Assembly (NCBI RefSeq): GCF_036321535.1
Contig: NC_087436.1
Location: 64,172,001-64,236,000, forward strand
Direction: 5' to 3'
DNA length: 64,000 nucleotides
Source: Camelus dromedarius
Taxonomy: Eukaryota
This document shows, piece by piece, positions 36,831 to 49,195 of this stretch. Within the stretch, counting starts at the first letter, position 1. Each line of letters begins with the position of its first letter. The notes beneath the pieces were generated by a model, which was given only the letters and a program-made list of their open reading frames with translations, was not told the DNA's origin and made no database searches. A program made the position numbers and the translations under genes.

Positions 36831-39800
36831 TAGGGAGCGTGGTTCTGTAGTCTTTCCTGCTCAGTTACTGTGAGAAGAATAGTATCTTTCTCTTTCAATT
36901 GCAGCTTACTTATTGGCCTGCAGAGGTACAAGAATAAATCCATGTTCCATCGAGATTATTTAATTGTATTTGAAACAACTTATCTGAAAAAGTTTAGAAT
37001 CATATCATTTAACACTTCTTTATCCTGCCTTTACTGTTTATTAATAGAGAATGCCTCAGCTAGGTGTTACAGCTAAGAAGTGGAAACTTTCTTTCAATCC
37101 TATCAATTTTTTATTGCCACTCTGAAATATAAAAATCTTGATACTGTATATTCGTAGTTTAATATGAACTGTTCACGAGAATAACATAGAAAATGATGAT
37201 AGACAAGTATACAGACAACTAAGATGTAAATAAGAGATGGTGAGTATGCTTACAGTGTACTCCACTTGACCTGTTTTTTTGCTAAACTATTTCCCAGACT
37301 TGAGTTTGGGTAGTTTTCGTAGTAACTCCTTCTGAAAGAGATGGAATTAACTGGGGAGGGAATGCAGACATCAGGTGTCTTTGGAACCACTGCTACTTGC
37401 ACATTATTGGAGAATACAGAAATATTGGCAGATTAAAAACCAGTCATGATTTTACAGTGAATGAACAATTCCATTTGGAAAGGAAACATAAAATTTCATA
37501 GGCCTTGATGAATTTTTACATGTGTGTCAGAAACTCCGTCTTAACTGCACTCGGTATTACAGTAACTATTTACATTTCTTCTTACTGTATGTAAACGGGC
37601 ACAGTTCTGGAAGAGGTGCTATTTGTAAACTCCTAGCACTTCATCTTAATTGAATTAGTTATGATCTACCTAGTCCAGATACATATCTATAGTAATACCC
37701 AAAAGATTATTTTTTTAATCTGAGATTTATAATGACAGTAAAAGCTTTCGTTAAGAGTGACTGAAGCGTTGCCATGGCATGAGAACTATTCATTAAGCCC
37801 AGTGGAACACCAGATTGTATTCTTGAAGATACCATTTATTTCAGTTGATTCAAATCCTTCCTAATTCTGAAGTAAAAAATATATGTAAAATTTTAAGTAA
37901 ATATTAACACTATGTGAGACAGATTTATTGAAATTTAGGGATGCAGAGTGATATTTAGATTTTGACCCTAACTTTACCAAATTCTTATGTTGAGAGGCTT
38001 CTTTGTGTTAAATGAAAAACATGTTTTCCACATCGCCAAACACTAAGCTTTCTAAATAATTAACGTTACTCAGTGTTGTGGTCAGCCACAGCAGAAAAAG
38101 AATGCATTTTGATCTGTATAAATCAACATCTGCTTGACACTACAGTGCTAAGCCTACCAGAAATACTCTTTGCCAGATGTGACTTACGGTTACATCATAT
38201 TTTATTTCATTCAACAAAATGTATTTGAAGAGAAGTCAAAAGATACTACCAGGAACAAACAAACCTAAACAGTTTTTTCTTTCATTCACTGAAATGGTAA
38301 AAACGATGAAAATAGTTAACATTTATTGAGAAGGACCTGCCCACCTTCTATTTGCATATATAACTTTGTTTAGTTTTAGCACCAGTTCTGTGAGAACAGA
38401 TTCTATTTGTTCTTTCTGGTATGGATGAGAAAACTGAAGAGAAAATAGTTGTGAATGGTCCCACAGCTAACATGTGGGAAAGGCCAGCTTGAATCCAAGC
38501 TGAGACCAAAGTGCTACACAATACAACCTCCATCTATGCTGCTTTAGTTTCTAGTGTGACTTTTGACCCTACCTATAAGAGTAACGAGTGTTTAAATTTA
38601 CAGGTCAGATGACTTAATTTCTATAATGTTAATGAGGGACTATATGCTGATCCTATGAACTACCAGTCCATTTTAAAGATGATGTATTATTATTAAGGGA
38701 GATAGAAAAGATAATATTACATTAAGATTATTTTCCTCTAGTGAGCATACAGATTTTTTTATTGAGTTTAAAATTATCTTTAATGTATCTGTGTTGATAG
38801 ATAATCCATTTTTATTTTTAAAAAGTCATTTCCAGATTTGTCTTATGTTAGACTTAAGCCTCTTTTCGTTTTCTTACTTTTTAAACTATAATAGGATAGA
38901 TAATGTGGCTGATGAATCATTGGAGTTAACAAACCTTTGCAATATTACACATTCATACTTGGAGAGGCAAGGGTATGGTTCAGATATTTTAACTATAATG
39001 TGTTTGTATAGGAAAATATTCTGTGCAACTTACTTGACATGCCAGGTTAGTAAAAATATAAAACACTGTTAGTATTGTTCTTTGATAGGTGAGCTTATCT
39101 CCTATAATGGCTAAATGATGTCATTGGTATTTCCTTTAGCTAATAACAGTATGCTGTATGCCACAAATCATTCCATGGAACCAACTGTCATAAAATAGTG
39201 TGTAAGGTTTTATATTACAACTAAGGTTAAAAATAACAAAACAATATTTTATGGATATGATTACTTCAGTCAGATCTGTATACGTTTTATTTCATTCCTA
39301 TATCATTCTAAGTTAGGCGGGTAATTGTATACGTAATTCGCAGGATTTCTGTTCTTTGGTTTCAGTGGTAAAATTTATATTCAGTTCCTAAATCTGATAC
39401 CAAAAAACTTCATAGTACTTCATTATAATTTTGCAGAATTAATAATAAAGAAAATATGACATAATCTTTTCTAACTAGAAGCCAAGATTAGAGCCACATG
39501 GAAAAAGCTACAGTGAAGAATTATACTAAAGTAATATGCATAAGAAATAATTTGCTTTGATATTGCAGAACAGGATATGTCACTTGTCTTTCACATATTA
39601 ATTTTCTCTTTGCTCAAATTCATAATGAGAGTGTAGTCCCAGCCCTTTAAGATCTGGACAAAGCCTGAAAGCATAATTCAATAAATACAGTAATTCTTTA
39701 ATTCCCTTCCTTTATATTCTATAAACACCTCAAATTTCAAGATTTGACGCTTTCACAATCTTTGTTAGTAACATCCTGATGTGTCTTACAGTTGTCCACA

Positions 39801-42459
39801 AGGAACAAAAGAAAATGCCAGCTGTGTAAACCAATACAATTTACAGTGCGTCTTGTTTTACCTTCCAAACAAAGCTCTATAACAATAGTTTCTCTGTCAT
39901 CATTCTAGACCATCTTGAAGGATTGGGAAAAGGGAATAGAGAGTCAAATCTCAAGAGATGGAGGAGGCTGGATTAGCTCATATGTAATGTACATACTTTA
40001 CCATTAATTTCACAAATGCTTACATTTAAAGTTATAAAAATTCTTTTGGCTTAGATTCTTGAGTATAAATGTGTGATTCTATAGCTGAATGAATGAATTC
40101 ATTAGAGAATGAGTGAATAAATTAGTAAATGAAGGGATTCTTTTATAAATCATGAACTCAAAATATAAATTAGTTTCCCATAACAAACATTTTGTATATT
40201 CATGAGGAATGTATCTCGAAAAATAATTATCTAAATATACATGATGATGAGTCTATTAAATCATATTTTGAAAAAGAGGGTGAGGGAAGAAAGAAGAAGG
40301 AAAAGAAAGTAAGATAAAGACATGTTAAAATAAAGTGTCTGAGAACTATTTATAGGATAGATTTATGGTTCTCACAGAAATGTCACAAAATTTTAACATC
40401 CAGCAATATTCTTTGGAAGATTGCATTAAATTGACTTTTGTACTCTGCTGTATGTGTTCTTTTTTGTGTAGATTTTCCCTTCTCTTTGCCTACAATGAAT
40501 TCCAAATATGCCAGGCATATTTTGGTTCTTTATTCCCTTGCTGGGCCCCAGTTGGCCAATGAGAAGTCTATTTTAAACTACTGACCCTGCACCTGCGTAT
40601 TTGTAGCCCGTGGGGGTATTAGCTGCTGTCCATTTTCCCCCTTCTTTCCTGCTTGAAAAGACTTGCCTGGCTGTAGGCTCTACAGAGATTAATTTTGATC
40701 ATCCTCTGCTTATGAGAATAGGTTACCAGAAGCCCTACATCTATTTTCCAGCTCTCACTGTTATGGGGACCAACTTTAGACTGAAGGCTGGTGTTCTGTC
40801 TTAAGCCTTGTGCAAATGTCCCCTGCTTACCAGTATTTAAGTTGGCAATTGATTTTTAACTTAGATTATTTTATTTATGGGAACTACAAAAGAATCAGCA
40901 ATGATGAACTTTAAAATTCTGAAAACTAATATGTATGGTTTTAGATAGACTGAGGTTCAAACCTAAATTGAGTGATAGCCTGATTTTTTTTTTCCTGGAA
41001 ATTCAGTAAGAAAAGACTGAGTTTATATGCTGCCAAAGTGTTTGTATTGCCTCTTGCTAAATCCAACATGCTATTCAGCTTATTTCTGAGCATATTGAAA
41101 TTGTTTTTATAGATTGATTAATTTTTATAAATTAATTTAAAAGAATCATTAGTGAGGAAGAGAGTTGTTGATTCTTCTGCTTACATATATTGACTTTAAA
41201 GTCTAAATAATGCAATTTCTGTATTAACTTTGTCTTCTTGACTCTTAATGTGTCATAAGAACAATGATTTTGGCTGTGGGATTCTGATAATGGCATTCTG
41301 TGCCCCAAGACTAACTCTACCTGGTTTACTACTCTTTATTCAGCTATCTTTTAATAGAAACAAACATATACTTTGAGAAGAGTCACTGTCATTCCCATTT
41401 TGTTAAAGAATTTTATGACAACTATGTCTCTTCCCAAACTTTTCCTTGTCATATTTATCAAGCAGGACACATAGAATTTATTTTCTTTTTTGATATCTCT
41501 GGAATATTAGGCATTGTGATAACCTTAATTAAGTCACAGTCTTTTGACACAAATGAAAGAAAGGCATCCAAAAAATACAAATTGTGTAGAGGTCTAAATG
41601 TTTCAGTTATACGCAAAGTCACCTCATTCATTTTTTTTTTCTTGTCAGGCAATGCCCAAAAAAAAAGAATATTGCCATAAGCCCTTTTAACCAAAAATTG
41701 AACCAGAAAGTAAAATGCTATACTTCCTTTTTTTAAATGACTTGTAAACATGGAATCATATATCTTTACTAGGACTATAAAAATAACTGTACTGGTTTTC
41801 ATGTTTGATTTTTATTATTAAAATAAAAATATTATTCATGATGTACTGCACCTTACTTTTAAAGATATCTTATCCTGATATTTTTAAATGAACTTTTTGA
41901 ACATTTAACTTTTTATAGAATTCAAATTTATTCAGAATTTAATTAAGAGATCACAGAATGGGGGAAATAGAGATAACACATTATGGTTACATTTTTGTCC
42001 AAGAGTATAGATATACTAGATTTTACAACAGTTAACCAGATAAGTGTGTGTGGTTTCTGTCTGTGTATGTGTGGTGTAATATTCTTTTGTGGGGAAAAAA
42101 AAAGCCTAAATCAGGATTTTGGCCAATATAAGGGAAGAAAAAATTGAAACTCTAAAAGACACTTGTTTCTAGTCATTCATTGCTTTAAAAGATTTGGTGT
42201 TTACAATAACATTTTTTTCATAACTTAATATTGATAATCCATTAAGCCTGGATTATAAAAATGAGTAGTATTGAGAGGTGAGCTAAGTAGGATTTTCTTC
42301 TTCGTTTTATTTGACATACTGCATCTTGCAAATTATACAAAATTTTTCTGTCTATCCTTCAACTACATTCCCCCAAATATTAAAATTTTACTTGTTACTA
42401 CAATTGCTAAAAAAAGACCACCATTTTTTAACACAGTGGAGATATGTGCTCTGTCATCC

Positions 42460-42612
42460 CACCAGGCTTCACACGCAAAATTACAAATGCAGAGATAAAC
42501 CTGTGAAGCATTTCAAGATGACTACAGAAGAGCATTTAACTCCAAATGTTGATCTTTTTGAGCATGGGGCTTCTGTGACTGCACTGCTTGCATGCCCATG
42601 AAGCCAGCCTTG
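42460..42612 (-). mobile_element. MER91-like hAT-Tip100 MITE
   Basis: The reverse complement begins caaggctggcttcatgggcatgcaagcagtgcagtcacagaagcccc, resembling the MER91 terminus. Confidence 0.7.
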
Positions 42613-42619
42613 TTTATAG

Positions 42620-42960
42620 GTCTTGTTCAGTTGTTGTCAGTTGTCCTAATCGTGTCCATGATAGCAAAAGAAAATCCTTGATCATGCATTACATTCAGTG
42701 GTCATCCCTCTTTAGTTTCTTTTTTCTTTCTTTCTTTCTTTTTTTTTTTTTCCTGAGTGGTTTCTCAGTCTTTCTTTGCATCTCATGACATTGAAAATTA
42801 TGAATAGTATAAGACAGTTATTTTATAGAATGTCCCTCAATTTGAGTTTTTCTGGTGTTTTCTCATGATTAGATTCATGTTAGGCGTTTTTGACAGGAAC
42901 GTCACAGAAATGATACGGTGTTCTCAGTGCATTATATCAAGAGGCAAGTGATGTCAGTAA
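42620..42960 (-). mobile_element. L1MC-like 3' UTR fragment
   Basis: ttttatagaatgtccctcaatttgagtttttctggtgttttctcatgattagattcatgtta. Confidence 0.75.
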
Positions 42961-43539
42961 TAATAATTTGTCAACTCTCCTTCCTCTGTAGAGATTATGC
43001 TGTAACAGAATAAGCAGGACTCTTTCTTAAATAGCTTGCCAAGTTTTTATTTGCCTCGTATATGGATGACTGACTGTTTCAAACATTGTATGACCCATGC
43101 TCCTGCTTAAGAGCAATATTTAACTTCTAGGATTGAATCGTTAATGATATTTCTGTACTTTTACATACAGTTTTGGCTAATAGCTCTTTCAGTCTTTATC
43201 TTTTGTTGGGAAAAGTATCAATATTCTTTACCTTATTTTTAAATTTTTTTTCTCCACAGTTTGTGACCTGTCAGAAATTTCAAGTACATCTTAAGCTGAG
43301 CTGTGGGAATGACTTCTTATATTTAACTTACTGGATGTCAGGAAATACTTGGGAGATTTGAGAGATTTCCCAAACACTTTCAAATGTAGTGATTTTACCA
43401 AGAAAAATCACATAAACTCAGCTAATGAAGTGATAATTCTATTTTAAAATGAGAACCACGTTTTGAAAGGATTTAAATACAAAGTTGTTAAAACTTTTCT
43501 TATTTTTTAGATTAAATATTATGAGTTTATTAACCCTTA

Positions 43540-43860
43540 TTTATTCATTTAATAAACACTAATTGAGTTCTGGATAAGATATCTTCTCAAGGATAACTTC
43601 ACCCCAGCTAACTAGATGCTATGATAGCTTGTCTCAGAAAGCTCACTGTTAAGCCAGAGATACTGATAGGTAACTGGATAATTTCCATTCACTGGGGCTA
43701 AGTCCTATGAAAGGGCCGTGTAGAGGATGTTCGGAGACCACTGATTTGGATGCCTGACTCAGCTTAGGAATTCATTGAAGTGTTATGTTTCCCAGTAAAC
43801 TTGCCCTAGTATTTGATAAATTTTGAGTGGAGGCTCGGGACAGCATTCTAAATTTAAGAA
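43540..43860 (-). mobile_element. L2 3' fragment
   Basis: ttattcatttaataaacactaattgag...cttgtctcagaaagctcactg. Confidence 0.55.
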
Positions 43861-44089
43861 ATAAATTGTAGATATGGTGCTTACATCATCTTTTAACAGT
43901 TATAATGCTTTCTTAGTAAATTTGATTTAGTTTTGTTGATTCTCCAAAAGAGGTCTCATAACTCTCTGAAAGTATCCCCCCATGCCAGCCTCAAACAAGA
44001 GGTGACACATAGCATTAAGCATAGAATGGGCTGGAGAGGATATTCAGATACATTAATTGACCTGGAATGAATGATTGTTTAATTAAATT

Positions 44090-44410
44090 GAAGCTGTAAC
44101 TAATGCCGCAATGAGCATGAGGGTGCATGTATCTCTTTGAGATAGCATTTTTGTATTCTGTGCTAAATAACCAGAGTGGAATTGTTGGACTATGTAGTAG
44201 TTCTGTTTTCACTTTTTTAAGGAAGGGCCTCCATTTTGTTTTCCGTAGTGGCCGCACCAATTTACATCCCACCATGGTTCCCTTTTCCCCACATCCTCGC
44301 CAACGCCTTTTTTATTCTTATCTTTTTGATAGTAGCCATTCGATTTGTGCGAGATGACATTTCACTGCAGTTTTGATTTGCATTTCCCTGATGATTAGTG
44401 AGATTTTACA
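44090..44410 (-). mobile_element. Relatively young internal L1 ORF2 C-terminal fragment without 3' UTR or polyA
   Basis: ORF 44015-44275(-) CKLVRPLRKTKWRPFLKKVKTELLHSPTIPL resembles L1 ORF2 CKLVQPLWKTVWRFLKKLKIELPYDPAIPL; 7 CpGs retained. Confidence 0.9.
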
Positions 44411-45534
44411 TTCTTATTTCACTCTAATATATATTAAGATGAAAGATTAGATTTTTTAAGGTAGTCTTTTTATTTATTCTGTTAATCTGAAATGCATTCT
44501 CTCAAATATTTTGGGTTTTCAAGGAAAATGATTTAAAGGGAGATATGACATTATTGCAACTAAACTTCTTTTTATTAGTAAGCTTTGTGATATTTGTGAT
44601 ATTTCAAACAAATTTTTCTTTAATATCTTGGGAAAAGATTCTCCATACATCTTAAGTGGTGTGTGAAATGTTTATCAGTGTATAATTTGAAAAAATATTT
44701 TATTGTTATATTACAAATTGCAACCTATGACAGGAGCTTTGGGTCTGATAATATTTTGTAAAATAATAAAAAAAAATAAAATATTATAAAATACCCACAG
44801 TAAAATATTCTTATATATTTATAATAATTTGATATATTAACTTCATTTTAAGAAATTTCAAATTCCTCAAATGTATTAAATATATGTACTAGCTTTTAAT
44901 ATTTCCATAGTATACAATGTTTAGAATCTAAAATGTACTAAAAAGTAAAATAGCTTTTTATTGAATTATATCACTTTCATAATTTTCATAGAATTTTTAG
45001 TAGTATGTAAAAAGGAAGAGACAAAAGTAGTTCTTGAAGTTGTATTTGCATTCTAAAAAATTGATACAAAACATTTTTACTTTTGCAGTTTACAAAACAA
45101 TGGTTTGAAATTTGTCCATTCAAAATAATCTGCTAGAATTAGTTAAGTAATCACATAAGTATACAATTACTCTTATTTAACTTAAAATTAGAAAATATGA
45201 AATGTTTCCATTTTGAAATAGTGGTTAAGTTTTATATGCATAACTAATAAACAGTTGAGTATGTATGCAAAAAGTGCTGGGAATTAGGATACACAATTTC
45301 CCTAAGATTTACTTGACTAATCACTTTAGTAAATGTTTGAACATTTTATTATTTAGATCAAATTTTTGATGTCTTTTTGCAAATTATTTGGAAAACCTGA
45401 TCACATTTGTATTAACTTACAAATTCACAAATACAAATAATTATAGTGTCTCATTATTCCATGTTACAATCCCTAACTAAGACCTTGTAGTAGAGGATTA
45501 TAAGTGAAAATTGTTTCAAACAAACTTTAATATT

Positions 45535-48500
45535 TACTTTTTAATTTTATTTTGAATTAAATTTTTTATATATTAAATTTATAGCTAAATGTAGATTAAC
45601 ATATAAGAAATGCTACAGAGAGTTTTTTTTACCTTTTACTAAGTTTTCTCCACTGGTAATACTTAGCAAAACTACAGTAGAATATTATAAATAAGGTAAG
45701 ACATTGATTACAGTCAGGATACAGAATGTTGTCATTACTCCAAGGATTTCTCCTGTTACCATTGTATAGCCACGTCTATTTCCCTCCAAACCTTACCCCA
45801 TCCTTAACATACAGTATGTAATCTCTGGGGATTTTTTTTCCCACTCAGTTTAATTCTTTGGAGATTCATCTAGGTTGTTACATGTATCAATAGTTCATTC
45901 ATTTCTATTACTGAATAGTACTCCGTGGTACCACAATTTGCTTAACTATTCACTTTTTTCAAAAGACAAGCCAGGTTTTGGTGATTATGAATAATACTGC
46001 TCTGAAAGTTTATGTATAGATTTTTATGTGAATATGTTTTTGTTCTCTGGGAAAAATAATATACATGAGTGCAATAGCTAAGTCATATAATAATTGTATA
46101 TTTAATTTTTTTTGAGAAACTGCTAAATTGTTTCCACTGTACCATTTTATATTCCATTCAGCAATGTATGAGTGCTTGTGTCTGTGCTCATTCAGTAGTT
46201 GTCATTATTTTTTATTTTACCATTATGATATGTGTGAAATTATATTCTATTGCTGCTTTAAATTGCATTTCCTCAATAGCTAATATGGTGATCATTATTC
46301 ATGTGCTTTTTTGCCACCTTTGTATCGTCTTTGGTAAAATGTGTCTGTTCATGTCTTTTGTCAGTATTTTAATGAGAAAATTTTTTTTTTTTTTGCTATT
46401 GAGTTTTTAGCATTCTTTATATATGCCAGATACCACTCCTTTTTCTGATATGTGGTGTAAATATTTTCCTCTCATCCAAAAATTTTAACTGTGGTGAAGT
46501 CTTAATTGATCAATGTTCCTCTGTGGATCACACATTTGGTGACAAGTGTAAGAAGTCTTTAGCCCTGGAGCCCAAAGATTTTCTCCTATGATTTTCCCTA
46601 AATTTTTTTTTATTGTTTTTTGTTTTATGTTTATATTTATATATTGTTTTATGTTTAAGTCTGTGATCTATTTTAATTTTTGTAAGATGTGAAATTAGAT
46701 CAAGATTCATTGTTTGATTATGCATGTCCATTTGCTTCCATAACATTTGTTGAGAAGGCTCGCTCCTCAGTCGAATTGCATCTGGAGATTTATCAAAAAC
46801 TAGTTGGGCATATTTGTCCTGGTCTGTTCTTTCTCAGTGACTGATGTGGTTATCCCTCTCCCTGTGGCATACAGACTTAATTATTCTAGCAACACAAGAC
46901 TAGTGAGAATGGGCATTCATGATCTGAGGGGGAAATCATTTAGTCTTTCACTGTTCAGTATAATGTTAGTTATCATTTTAAAAAAAACCGCCCTTTGTTC
47001 AATTGGGGAATATCCCCTATATGCCTGTTTGTTTTCAGTGAGTTTTAACCATGAGTGGGTGATGGCTTTTGTAAAATCCTTTTTGTGCTCTGATCAATAT
47101 GATCACATGTGATCTTCTTTTTTAGCATTTCTTAATTGATTATATTGATTGATTTGAATACTGAACCAATGCTGCATCAGTGGAATGAGCTCCTATTGGT
47201 CATGGTGTGTAATTCACTTATTTATATGAATTTTATTAGCTAATATTTTGTTAAGAATTTTTGTGTATATGTTCATGAGTGATGTTCAGCTGTATTCAAC
47301 TATGGTATTCTGTTGGTTTTTTTTTTTTCTTTGTTAGTCTTGCTAGCAATTTGTCAGTTGTATTGATTATATCAAAGAACAAGATTATTTTTTGTTTCGT
47401 TGATTTTTCTGTTTTTTTTAATTTGTTTGCTTTAAATTTCATTGATTTCTGCTTTTATCTCTTATATCTTCCTCCTTCATGTTATGAGTTTGTTCTGCTC
47501 ATTTTTTTTTGTAGATTCCAAAGGTGGGAGCTTAGATTATCCATTTACATTATTCTTTTTTTTTCTAATATATGCATTTAGTACTCAAAATTTGTCTCTT
47601 AGCACTGCTTTAGCTCTGTCCCACAAATTTTGGTGTGCTTTAAATTTTTAAATTTTTCTTGAAACTTGATTATTTAGAAGTATGTTGTTTATATTAGTGT
47701 TCAAAGATTTCCCATTTACATTTTTGTCATTGATTTTTAGTTTGATCCCATTTTGTCAGTATACTCTGCATGATTTCAATTGTTTTAAATTTGTTGATGC
47801 TTATTTTATATACCAGGGTATAGTCCACCTGTGTGTGTGTTCTGCAGGTCCTTAAAAAGAATATATATTCTGATGTTTTAGGGTTCAGTGTTCTACAGTA
47901 TCATTCAGAGTCTGATGACTATTGTTGTTTTTGAGTTTTTCTATATCCCTGATTATTTGTTTGCTGTTTGTCTTTTCAATTATTGAGAATGAGATGTTGA
48001 TGTCTTTAACTATAATTATGGATTTTTTTTTAATTTCTCTCTTTGGTTCTAACAGTTTTTCACATATTTTGCAGCTTTGTTGTTTGATGCACACACATTT
48101 AGGACTAATGTATCGTCTCACTGGATTGACCCTTTTATCTTTATAGTGTCCCTTTCTGCTTATGATAATTTCCTTTCTCTAGAGCCTTTTTTATATGACA
48201 TTAATGTAGCCAGTCTTGCTTTTCCACTCTTTTACTTCAATTTGCCTATATCATTGTATTTGAAGTGAGATTCTTTTAGATACCATATACTAAATCTTTG
48301 TCTTTTATTTGGTGTGAATTTACATTTAATATTGATACTTAATACTTTAATATGTTAGGGCTTAAATTTTTGGTGCTTTTATATGGTAGATTTTAGGTAT
48401 TACATTACATATAAATGGCTTATCCTAGTCTACTGTTGTCAACATGTCACAGTACAAATGAAGTGTGGAATCTTTATCTTCTTTATCATCCCCTTACCCT

Positions 48501-49195
48501 CCCTCATTTAGAATATTGTTGTCTTATTTTCTCTACATCCATTCAGAAACACATCAGTGTGAAAGTTTTGCTTCTAATGTCAAATACAATTTAGAAAACT
48601 CAAAAAAAAGAAGGAAAGTCTATCGTATTGACCCTTATTTTTTGTTACTGTATTCTTTTATCCTTCCTGATAATTGAGGATTTCTTCTTTTATTATTTCA
48701 GTTTAGAGAACTACTTTCTTTAGAATAGGTCTTGTGGCAACAGATTTTCTTAATTTTATTTCATCTGAGGATGTTTTTATTTCTCTGTGATTCCTGAAGG
48801 CTATTTTTCTTGACCTATAATGTAACATGTTCACAGATTTCAACAACTGGTATGTGGACATCTTTGTGGGTCTTTGATGGGGTCCATTTTGTGCCTGTCA
48901 GAGCAGGAGTGGTATATATTTTAGTATAGTTTCTGAGGTTCTTTTCAATTATTTTTAAAAATATTTTTCTCCTCTTTGGTTTAAATTCGGTAGTTCTATT
49001 GTTCAATGTAAAGTTAACTGATTCTATTCTCTGTCCTTTCCATTTGGCTCTTGAGGTTGTGACTTGAGTTTTTTTTACTTTGGTTGTTATATTTTTCTGC
49101 CCTAAATTTTCTCTTTGGCTCTTCTTTACATCTTAGGTTTATTTACTGAGACTTTCTATTTCGTTACTCAGATTGTTTTATCATTTGTTTCAGTA
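45535..49195 (-). mobile_element. Long decayed L1M (L1MC/MD-like) with internal deletions
   Basis: 3' UTR at ~45535-46000, then ORF2 pieces. ORF 47885-48121(-) SIIIVKDINISFSIIEKTNSKQIIRDIEKL resembles the L1 endonuclease IIVGDFNTPLS...KDIEDL region. ORF1-side pieces lie near 48650-49195. Confidence 0.9.
48815..48900 (-). mobile_element. MLT1 LTR fragment within the L1
   Basis: aatgtaacatgttcacagatt...tatgtggacatctttg...ccattttgtgcctgtca resembles the antisense MLT1 terminus. Confidence 0.55.
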
